In this document: positions 10,877-21,379 of the stretch, piece by piece
How the letters are laid out: each line of letters starts with the position of its first letter
How positions within the stretch are numbered: position 1 is the stretch's first letter
Source of the DNA: Bugula neritina
Lineage: Eukaryota > Animalia > Bryozoa
Assembly (NCBI GenBank): GCA_964035545.1
Contig: OZ037770.1
Span: 5,528,729-5,592,728, forward strand
DNA length: 64,000 nucleotides
Direction of reading: 5' to 3'
Program-made: the position numbers and the translations under genes
Notes under the pieces: model-generated
Seen by the model: only the letters and a program-made list of their open reading frames with translations
The model's database searches: none
What the model was told of the DNA's origin: nothing

Positions 10877-13800
10877 CTGGAGGCAAGAATATTTAGAATG
10901 TCATGTACAGTGGTGACATGAATGTTTAATGAATAAATATTGGGAGCCAATTTGGCCGAGGCTCGCAATTATCAAATTATATTACGATCAAGTTTACTTT
11001 GAAAAGGAAGCAAATATTCTACATTCAGGTCTTTTTTATTACTAAGTTGAAAAATAAAGGAATAATTACAAGCGTAGGGCCACACGAAATCTTTTACACG
11101 CGGGTGACATGCGAGAAATCCCGTTTTGCTCAAAAATTGGACGTTGTGAGCAGGATTTTAATGTGTCTAGCATGCTGAGTGAAAAATGCGAGAAGCTCGT
11201 GCGTGTTTGATCTAATTGGCTTATTATTATTTAGCGTGCACACTTTTTTATTTCAATTTGAGTTTTAGCTTTTAGCAAACTGGAGTAAAACAGTTTTATA
11301 TAATTCGCATTTCCGCTTTGATAATATCTGTCGAACTTTCACCGCATTGGTAAAAACTGACAGCTGCGTTCAGAAATCAGACAGTTGTGACGTCACAGAG
11401 GTCAACGCTTAGCCTCGAAAACGCATTCAAAATGGCGTTTCGACGGTAGTGTGGCAGCCCCATAAATTCACTTTGCCGATGACTTAGTTTTATAAACAAA
11501 CGTGTAAAGGCAAGCAGTAAGGTTTAACGCTAACATTGTTAGCTAATAAATTTTTGCACTCACAACACATGCACTGTGCGTGGCATGTCTATACGGGCAC
11601 GGGTAAGGGTTTTCCCGCACGTCACGCGCATATAAAAGGCTTCGTATGGCCCTACGCTAACACTATAGTGTATTGATTGTCCAAACCAAAATGTCTAAAG
11701 ACGGCCGATAAACAATGTAATAACCTTGACAGTATTTGAAAAGAGTTGTTTAATCCTTGGGTTGCTGGTTGGCTTTAAGTTGAGTTTTATCAACTTCATA
11801 TCCTTGTCCTTCTCTTCACAAGTCTGTAAAACTTCATCGTCATCAGAGAGATCACTTAGATCATCAACCTCTGCAGTCACAAGATTTTATTGTCAATATT
11901 TGACAAACACAAGAAATTTGTTCATTGCATACAAATAAACATTAGATTTTGCCGGAAATAGCTTTGCTAAACTCGTCAAAGAAATTTACATGATCAGAAT
12001 TTCTATACTGTTTATACAGCTGTTTGAAATTAGTCAACAGCTTTTGCAATTTTTTTTTCTCTCAAACTTAACTCTATCCAGAAAAACAAAGCTAAGAATT
12101 AACTATACTGTAAAAGTTTACCAGTGAAGTCCTTCTGCTCTATTCTTCGTAGTTTGAGCTCTGCCAACAGTGTCTCCAACATACTAATTTTTGCTTTTGA
12201 CAACGCCTCACCTGAATAAAACTGATTAGATGAATTACCTTGACTATTACTTTGAATATAACTATAACTAGATATGTTTTACTACCAAATCTCAATATTG
12301 ACACAACTAAAGAATATGACGGATATAAAAAAAAGTTTTTAATTGAATAGTTCAAACTGATGATATATTCGGAAACACGATTAGGCAATGTTTGGTGTTA
12401 AATCTAGTTATGATGAATTCAAATTAGGAGTTCGTAACTTAAACAAACAACTCAAACTGACCTTGTGTACTTTCAACGTTTGAAAATGCATTGATGTTCA
12501 ATAAAAAAAGAAAGTTTCAGTAAAAATATTCATGACTTAACTTACATGGGTAGATTAAAGCACTGGGCACTTCCTCGTTGTTACACAATGTTGTTGAAGT
12601 TCCACTACATTTCTTTACATCTGGTGATGGGTTGCTTAAGGAACGAAGACACCAATTAGGACGAATGATTTTTTCAGGGCAAGAAACCCCAAGCATGATG
12701 CAGTGAGCACAGAAGCAGGCAGTGACTGGTCGACTAGCAGTCCAAGTTTCCATCACATGTCTGAGGATGTTGTTGTTGGTTGAAATAAGTTTCTCCCACA
12801 TCCTCGAAATGTGAGCAGCATCAGAAGACACATAGAGTAAGACTCTTCTTGATTTGCAGTCATGTATCAGCTGTGTGTATATTTGATCTTGGTAAACATT
12901 AACCCCATTTTTCTTTACCCTTCTCACAGCAAACTCCTCTGGAAACAGCTCTAGCAAACCCACAGTCATTTGGTGGTAGACATGCTGTGGTAATGCCAGA
13001 CCATTAAACTGTGTCTCAGCAACAAGTAACAGGTCTTTCGATGATGTGTAGGAAGTACAATATAGCTCCTTGGCAAACTGTGGAACAATGTAGTATGATT
13101 CTTTAGCATCATTTTCCAAAGGACCATACAGCAAACGGAATGTTCTGAGCAATGAAACAGCAATTTCAACATCACCAGAACTCTTGAAGGAAGTTTCGTC
13201 CGCAATCAAATATGTTAGAAGAGGTTGCATCATCATGCCACTAGTCTTGAAGCAATTGACAGATTTTTCAAAGTCTTGCTTTTCAATCCTGACTCCTTCT
13301 ATGGAATGATATGATTTGAACTGATCAACCCGACTCTGCCAAATTTTTGGGTCATGGTGATACAAAACACACAACAGTTTGGTTACTTCAGAAATCTTGT
13401 GAAATATGTATGGCCTGAGCGCATCAATATTCTTGTACCACAATACTTTACCGCAGTCATGCATGTATGTGAGAATAGTATCTAGCTGGCTTGGCTTCAG
13501 TTCAAAGCCGTCTTTTCTTAACACAAGCAGAATAAACCAAAAGGAGCAAAATGCTCCAGGTAAAGAGAAAACTTTTTCATTCACTATTTCCCATATCAAA
13601 GGCAAAGGCTTAACAAAATGCTGACTGCTCTCTAGAAGGGAGCTCTTTATCAGGTCGTACTCAGCATAGTCGTCTTCTTTTCCGATCTGATATATATCTT
13701 CACTGGCAAAAACCTTTCCATTCGATGAATTGAAATGCTGAATTTTCACAAATTCCCCATCTGAGCTTTTCTCTTCATCAAGAATTTCTTTGCACAGTTC

Positions 13801-16800
13801 ATCAGATACTCTAAGAAAATCGTCTTTTATTTGTTGACACTTCTCACTTTGAAACTTATCTTTGTGTGTGAAAACAAGTTTAGGTGGGCCAAGAGATGGA
13901 TGAGCGAGATAGAGGTGAGACATGAAGTCAAAGGCCAACTTTCTCACAGCCTCTCTGTTTGTAGATGCTTTCGAAATCTGATCATACTGCTCCATGTTGA
14001 CTACAATGACTGGTACACAATTCTGTCTCAGTGTCAAATGGTATGTGATATGGTAGACCTCCTGGCCTCCCATATCTATGAGACGAAGAGTTGTACCATC
14101 CACCTCCACCTCTTCCATATTAAACACTTTCGTGGTCTCATCATGTTCTGCATTCGAACTTCTCTTAGTCAGAACTCTCTTCCTGTCAGTGCTCTGTAAT
14201 GTTTTGATTAGACTGGTTTTACCTGCCATGGTGTTCCCTAATACCGCTATTGTAGCAAATGGCAAGTTTCTACCAGTGCCCTTGTCCAAATCTGTGTAGT
14301 ATTGTTGCACAGCATCTAGTCCTCTCTGACAAACTTCTAGTGGGGGAGATGTAAGAGCATCGCATTTGTTTATATTCAGTGTATGGAGATGTGTTAGCTG
14401 TAATATCTCAGGGTTCAAGGATGTCATGAATATGTTGAAGGAAAGATTCAGTGTTTGCAGATTACTCAACATGCACACTGAAGATGGCAAACTGATGAAG
14501 TTATTCATTGATATGTCTAGGGTCTGTAGCTCCTGCAGACTCTGCATCCTAATAATATATTATATTTTTATTACCAGCATAAACTAGAGGTAGTTGGTAT
14601 ACAATAATTAGGCTAGGTAGTATTGTATGATAGTGACTATAGTAAGCTCATATGAAACACTTTTAACTATCTAGCAATCAGCCTTATGGTAGCTACAGAA
14701 AACAAGTAGATATAAGCCACAATCATCATATTATATATACTGTATGTAAATTGGTGTTGTGTGTTGAGAGTAGAGACAAGGAGAATAAGTATTGGAAGAC
14801 TGGAAAAGGATATTAGAGAATGCCGACTTAAAAGTCAGCAGGTATAAAACTGTGTATGTATCTCCAGAAAAAGCAGTGATGACATAGGATTGATGGAATA
14901 TGATAGATCTGAACATTCCACTTTGATTCCAAAACCCACATTCAAATACCTGGAGAATATAATTCACCAGGAAGCAGAATGTAGAGGTACAGGTGCGCAT
15001 TGGTAACACCTAGGATAAATGGAGAGAACTGACTGAGGTAATATGTGACAATAAAGGAGAAATGAAGAGAGCTGACATAAAGGCAATAGGTGAGGGTACT
15101 GTCATAATAATTGTGTGATATATTTATGTATCATTATACACTGGCTAATTGACCTTTGGATTAGTTGACAAATATAACTGACCACAGAATCTATTGTTAA
15201 CCTAAGCCAGTCAGTAGGAGTGTACACATCAGATAGTCACCAAGTCTCTTAGCCCACAACTCTTTAGTCATTAGTAATGAAAGGGAAAGTCTGACATATC
15301 TCAACATAACTGTATGTTACCATGTTTTGTACCACATATAATATGAATGGTATAATTGATTTTGTCATTTTATCTTATATACAGTGTTGATGTAATAATA
15401 TGACTACATTATATAATTCATTTATATATGTCTTTTTTGTACCTGCAGGTTTAAATAATATAATATACATGCTTATAGTAACACTATAATAGAGGGTAAT
15501 GAATTTGTAAGTAAATATTATTATAGTCATTACATAATACATAAAAACAATATTATTACTCTGTGCGCCTGCATTCTGTTACTGCAATTTTTTATATTAT
15601 AGTTTATCATAGATCATGTGACCCTGAGTATTAAAATTTATGTTTTATTCAACAGGGTACTTGTTTCATGTCATCAATAAAGATAATCAGCGTTGTCAAA
15701 CCTTTGCATTGACTTGTAGTGAATACTAGCACAATGTAGTCTACTTTATTATAATAATATATACTGTATATATATGCTGCTTGTGCATTCAAACAATGAA
15801 TAGAGTTTAGGCAGCAATGCAAATTTCAAGTGCAGAGCTAATAAATCAAGAGAGCTATTGAGAATTCAACAGTAAATAAATACTAATCAACTATAAATGG
15901 CTGCTTTATTATAAATTATGAAGGTTTTCATATATATTTTATGACAAAATCTAAAACTATGTTATTTTCAAAATGTGAGAGACTATAATACGCATGTAAC
16001 TTCAAAAAAACTCCAGATTATATACCTTTATATTTTAACCTAGTAATATATAATGGGGTACTAATTGATATTATTTAGCATGCACATAAATATGTGAATT
16101 ACTGAATTTTTAAACAATACAAAATCTGTGAAACACAAACCTCTCAGGTAGAGTAGATAATTTACAGCTCCCCATATCCAACTCTTTAAGTGATGTGAGT
16201 GATGACACAACTTCTGGTACTGTGTTGAGAGGATTCCCTCCTATGACTAGTTTCTCTAACTGAGTCAGCTGACACAGACTGTAATATAAAGTGTGTGATA
16301 TATGCAATCCACTGTATCAGGATAATATATATACTGTATACATTTTTTGTGTATTCAAACCAGGTAAAAAATTCAAGTAATGCACTTACTGTTACAAGAC
16401 ACTACAAGAGGCTGTTCCATTATTAAATACAAAACTTTTTACTATAGAATGCTATATAATACCATAGCTTACAGCTGTGTTACTTCAAGGATATAACAAA
16501 CTATTACATGCCTTTGAAAAATTCACTTTATATTTTTAACCACAGCAACATATAATATAATATACTTCAATATTACTTTTTAAGCATATAAATATATGAA
16601 TGTCTCAGTTTTTGAAACAAGGAAAGCATACCATGACACTAGTACACTTACAAAACTACTAAATAGAATTTAGAATTCTAATCATATTTCAACAATAAAG
16701 CATTAAAATTTCACATACACTATAAAAGCCACTCAAAAGGAAGGAACTGAATACAAAACAATCAGCCTAAAGAAGTTTGTTGTAACCAAGTTATTTTGAA

Positions 16801-19800
16801 GATGTGAATTATTGAGTGCTTGAAACAATACAAAATCTGTGACACACAAACCTCTCAGGTAGAGTAGATAATTTACAGTTCCACATATACAACTCTTTAA
16901 GTGATGTGAGTGATGACACAACTTCTGGTACTGTGTTGAGAGGATTCCCTACTATGTGTAGTTTCTCTAACTGGGTCAGCTGACATAGACTGTAATATAA
17001 AGTGTGTGATACATCTAGTCTACTGCATCATAATTGCATAATTGCATCATATATTGTACACATTGCTTGTGTATTCAACCAAATAATTTATAAAAACCAA
17101 TTTGGTTGGGCAACAGATAGTTGAAGCAATCAAGGCATAAAGCTATGAAGCATACAATAGCTAGTTTTACTATTAAAAGACTGTTTCAATAATTACCATA
17201 ATTTTTTAAAGCATAATAATATGCTGTGACATGCCATCAAATTATGTCATTTACAGATTATGACTTATAACTACTATAGATAACCTCAAAAATATGGTTT
17301 TTAGCAAGGCAACATATGATAGGATACATCAACACTGTAGTGTTGAGTTTACCCAGTGTCTCCATGGTGTAATGATTAGTGTGCCTGCTTGCAAGGTATT
17401 AGGTATTAGGTATTAGGTTCAAATCCCAGTTGAAGCAAAGTTTGATAAGCACCATTCAGTGAGCGTATAAATATGTAAATTATTGAGTGTTTGAAACAAT
17501 ACAAAATCTGTGAAACACAAACCTCTCAGGTAGAGTAGATAATCTACATATCCACATATTCAACCTTTTAAGGGATGCGAGAGATGACACAACTTTTGGT
17601 ACTGTGTTGAGAGGATTCTCTCCTATGACTAGTTTCTCTAACTGAGTCAGCTGACATAGACTGTAATATAAAGTGTATGATATATCTAGTCTACTGTATC
17701 ATGATAATATAATATACTGTACACATTGCTTGTGTATTCAACCAAGTACTATATAGAAATAAATTTGGTTGAGCAACAGATAGTCAAAGCAATCAAGGCA
17801 CAAAGCTATGAAGCATACAACAGCCAGTTTTACTAGTAAATGACTGTTTCAATAATTACAAAGGATTTTGAACATATAATAATATGCTGTGGCACACCAT
17901 CAAATTACATCATTTACAGATTATGACCAAGTAATATAGATAACTTCAACAAATTCAGTCTTTTTAGCAAGGCAATACATGTTAGGAAACATCAACACTA
18001 TAGTACTGAGTTTACCCAGTGTCCCATGGTGTAACGATTAGTGTGCCTGCTTGCAAGCTGGAGGTCTTGGGTTCAAATCCAAGGTGGAATAAAAGTTTGA
18101 TAAACACCATTCGGTGAGCATATAAATATGTAAATTATTGAATGTTTGAAACAATACAAAAACTGTGACACACAAACCTCTCAGGTAGAGTAGATAATTC
18201 ACAGCTCCACATAATCAACTCTTTAAGTGATGTGAGAGATGACACAACTTTTGGTACTGTGTTGAGATGATTATCTCCTATGTCTAGTTTCTCTAACTGA
18301 GTCAGCTTACATAGACTGTAATATAAAGTGTGTGATATATCTAGTCTACTGTATCACAATAATATAATATACTGTATACATTTCTTGTGTATTCAACCAA
18401 GTACTATATAGAAATAAATTTGGTTGAGCAACAGATAGTCAAAGCAATCAAGGCACAAAGCTATGAAGCATACAACAGCCAGTTTTACTAGTAAATGACT
18501 GTTTCAATAATTACAAAGGATTTTGAACATATAATAATATGCTGTGGCACACCATCAAATTACATAATTTACAGATTATGACCAAGTAATATGAATAACC
18601 TCAAAATGCAGTCTTTTTAGCATGACAATATATGTTAGGAAACATCGACACTATAGTACTGAGTTTACCCAGTGTCCCATGGTGTAACGATTAGTGTGCC
18701 TGCTTGCAAGCTGGAGGTCTTGGGTTCAAATCCAAGGTGGAATAAAAGTTTGATAAACACCATTCGGTGAGCATATAAATATGTAAATTATTGAATGTTT
18801 GAAACAATACAAAAACTGTGACACACAAACCTCTCAGGTAGAGTAGATAATTTACAGTCCCACATATTCAACTCTTTAAGTGATGTGAGTGATGACACAA
18901 TATCTGGTACTGTGTTGAGAGGATTATTTTCTATGTTTAGTTTCTCTAACTGAGTCAGCTGACACAGACTGTAATATAAAGTGTGTGATATATCTAGTCT
19001 ACTGTATCACAATAATATAATATACTGTATACATTTCTTGTGTATTCAAACCAAGTAAAATATGCAAGAAACATACTTATTGTTGCATAGAACAGCAAAG
19101 AGTTTTTGCTATATTATGTTGTAGGTGAGGAGAGGAAGCTTCATTATGCAAGGTTAGCTGTTAGCTTATAGTACATAAGGCCCCATTCTACACGCTAGGT
19201 AAGTTAATTTGATGACTAAATTGTAATGTAATATATTTGTAGTTTACGACATAAAGTAGCCTTTTCTATACTACTATAAACTGTGAATTACTTCAGTTTT
19301 CAGCTACATAAAACATGATTTATTTAATGCTATCAAATAGCAGTATACAGGCAGCTTTAAACCCTCTAGTTTCTACAACCAGCTTACTTGGTATAGGTAC
19401 AATGTTGCGCATTACACTATGTTAATGTGTATGCATTTTATTATTCAATAAATAACACAAATGAACTCATTTAACATTTACACAGCTATTTTAATAGACA
19501 CTCACTTGTCCAGACTTGCTCTGTCAGTCAGGTAAGAAACACATAGACGCAGGGCTTTACCAGCAATTTCTCCAATGTTACTTGGAATTGTTCCCTCCAG
19601 TTTGAGATCTATGATATCATAATTCCCAACTTCACGTTTTACCTCAGCAGTAGTATATGACTTGGTATTAGCATACCATTCATCTGACCAGCTCACAGGA
19701 GGCTGTCCAGAATGTCTGAACCAGATTTCCATATTCTCTGTAACATTATACAGTGACAGTGTGATTATTACACAGTGCTAGCAGGTGGTGTCTATCATTC

Positions 19801-20539
19801 TGACACTTGTCATCTACAGTTTGAATATATTTATTATATGGTGGATGTCAATATTCATATCTATAACTAAATTACACATATTTTAATGAGTAGCTTTAGA
19901 CTCTTCATAATAAGTCATTTTGTGTATAATTTCTAGAGCAGTGTTGATTACTTTGCGATAAGACAACTTTAACCAAGCTGCTTGCATTATTTTACATATT
20001 ATATAACTTTTCAAAGCATCAGGTTAATTGTTAGCATAAACAAGTATAGGAGCTAGTGAAAATGTTTTTATATAATGTTTTTTTATATATAATTGGTTGT
20101 TTTATAATGTTTATAAATATAATCTAATATATTGAATTGGCATAACACCTACATTTACTTATCTGTTACCTTTCATACTTGAAGGTTTACATACATGTAC
20201 TAAAGAGTTGGACATACAAACATTGCCTCTACGTAAAGACAACAATCAATAGTGATGGATACATTCAAACGTCTGCATGTTTTTCACATTAGCATTTGAT
20301 GTGAAAGTTAAAATTTAATAATCTTACATTATTTTTACATCTAAAACTACAGTTTGATATATTACTCATATTTGAGCAATATAATTATATAATATGATAA
20401 TATATAATATAAATATAATAATCAACATTATACAAAGTTTTATAATAATTTTCATGCTATTATCAGTGTTGAAGTGTTTTTATTGTCCAGAAATAAATGA
20501 ATAAAGTAGTTGTTAAATTCACTCACCACCAGTTGCCAT
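8276..20539 (-). CDS. LRR-Roc-COR (ROCO, MFHAS1-like) protein with a C-terminal caspase (peptidase C14A) domain, about 1346 aa, 15 coding exons
   Basis: Exons 5'->3' on -: 20539-20527 (MATG), 19737-19506, five LRR exons (18968-18831, 18315-18178, 17660-17523, 16989-16852, 16278-16141), 14548-12546 (LRR cap, Roc, COR), 12211-12122, 11870-11725, 10876-10706, 9581-9368, 9228-9001, 8815-8712, 8425-8276 (TAA). All junctions are GT-AG with matching phases. Total is 4041 nt, 1347 codons, with no internal stop. Roc motifs: GNTMAGKTS, DMGGQ, THKD. Caspase motifs: RGRALIINN...RKGSDADVENM, VMSHG, ILEACSG, SKRHPEYGSPMIRAL, KRLYLFP. Confidence 0.88.
11072..11657. mobile_element. MITE, PIF/Harbinger-like, in an intron of the ROCO-caspase gene
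   Basis: Imperfect TIRs of about 50 bp (GCGTAGGGCCACACGAAATCTTTTACACGCG... / ...CGCGCATATAAAAGGCTTCGTATGGCCCTACGC). Flanks are CAA/TAA, a near-match 3-bp TSD. The TIR start resembles the 25695/39502 family. Confidence 0.8.
12546..14548 (-). CDS. 2003-bp exon encoding the terminal LRRs/LRR cap, Roc GTPase and COR domain
   Basis: Corresponds to ORF 12517-14547. It contains LQTLDISMNN/LQTLNLSFN repeats, the SPPLEVCQRGLDAVQQYY cap typical of ROCO proteins, P-loop GNTMAGKTS (about 14212-14238), DMGGQ, THKD and COR-type LTYMHDCGKVLWY and YYIVPQF. Acceptor TAG at 14549-14551, donor GTAAGT at 12540-12545. Confidence 0.92.
14751..15055 (+). mobile_element. Degenerate RTE-clade LINE reverse-transcriptase fragment (intronic)
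   Basis: With frameshifts and a stop, it reads LVLCVESRDK...LEDWKRILENADLKVSRYKTVYV...FKYLENII...EVQVRIGNT*DKWRELTEVICDNK. This is the characteristic RTE/BovB-like RT C-terminal pattern (LExWRxxLExxGLKVSRxKTEY; FKYLG; RIxxxWxKWRxxxGVLCDK). Confidence 0.8.
17357..17440 (+). mobile_element. tRNA-derived SINE head (degenerate, internal GGTATTA triplication) in an LRR cassette intron
   Basis: A-box-like TGGTGTAATGA and B-box GGTTCAAATCC. Paralogous to the copies at 18020 and 18673. Confidence 0.6.
18020..18090 (+). mobile_element. tRNA(Ala-TGC)-like SINE head in an LRR cassette intron
   Basis: A box TGGTGTAACGA, anticodon-like loop CTTGCAAG, B box GGTTCAAATCC. The acceptor stem does not pair, so this is not a functional tRNA. 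Confidence 0.65.
18673..18743 (+). mobile_element. tRNA(Ala-TGC)-like SINE head in an LRR cassette intron
   Basis: Identical to 18020-18090, carried along by the cassette duplication. Confidence 0.65.
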
Positions 20540-21379
20540 GGTTACCAAATGGTAGATTGCCTTTCTTGGTAATAAGTTTTAGCTAAAATGTAGCAGTTTC
20601 ACCTAAAACAGATATTAAATACAAAGTAAAATAATATGATTACTCATCATTTTCATTATATTCTTAGAGTACATCAATATTTCTAAATATATTGAATATC
20701 TGGCTTAACAATACACCAGATCATCAAATGTTTCACAACTTCCTGAAATAGGTGTAGGCAGCTATTAAATATAAAGTAGTAGAATATAATTACTAGCTAT
20801 TTTCACCCTTTGTAAAGTACGCGGATAATTTCAAACAAGAGTCCAGATCTGACTAAACAATACACCAGGTGAACAAATTTGAATCAGAATATTTGACAAC
20901 TCTCTCAAATACTTATACATTTTATAACATATAGATATGTACATATAATCATTACTAAAAATAGTATTCCTTTGGTTCAAATGCTTGAAAGTTGAATAAG
21001 TTGTGACTTAAGCAGACTAAGGACTTCAATTTTTTATTTGACTTGACACAGTTTGGAGTATGAGTAGAACTCATCTCAAAAAACTTTTTGAAATATTTAT
21101 TTTCACACAGGCCCGATAGTTATAATAGTGTAACAGCAAAATCCAAAACTGCATTCAGCAATTCCTCAGAAGGGGAAGTGTTACAAAATATTCTACTTCT
21201 GGACAAAGCTGTATCAAATAATATCACCCAGCAATTTACATACTCTTATATAAATAAACCAAGTACTATAACATGACTATAAACACAGAGCTATGTTTTC
21301 TAAAAAGATGTAGGGAATTAGTAAAACATGGGAATCTCATGACTAACTCTACAAGCTGACTGACCTCTACTAGCTGCAG

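Larger units (their letters stand above)
16141..18968 (-). repeat. Tandem array of five exon+intron cassettes (period 653-711 bp), each with a 138-bp exon encoding two 23-aa LRRs
   Basis: Exons 18968-18831, 18315-18178, 17660-17523, 16989-16852 and 16278-16141. All share the acceptor CTTTATATTACAG and donor GTTTGTGT and are phase 2/2. Consensus LCQLTQLEKLxIxxNPLNTVPxVVSSLTSLKELxMxxCxLSTLPE. Confidence 0.95.

Noticed and set aside
12517-14547. ORF treated as a standalone 676-aa ROCO gene
   Set aside because: It is bounded by a good acceptor and a GTAAGT donor whose phases match the upstream LRR exons and downstream linker/caspase exons, so it is best read as an internal exon.
14731-15009. 92-aa minus-strand ORF as a sixth LRR exon
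   Set aside because: It has no LRR pattern, and the opposite strand is a decayed RTE reverse transcriptase.
18020-18743. Functional tRNA-Ala genes
   Set aside because: The acceptor stems do not pair and the copies sit inside duplicated introns. They are better explained as SINE heads.
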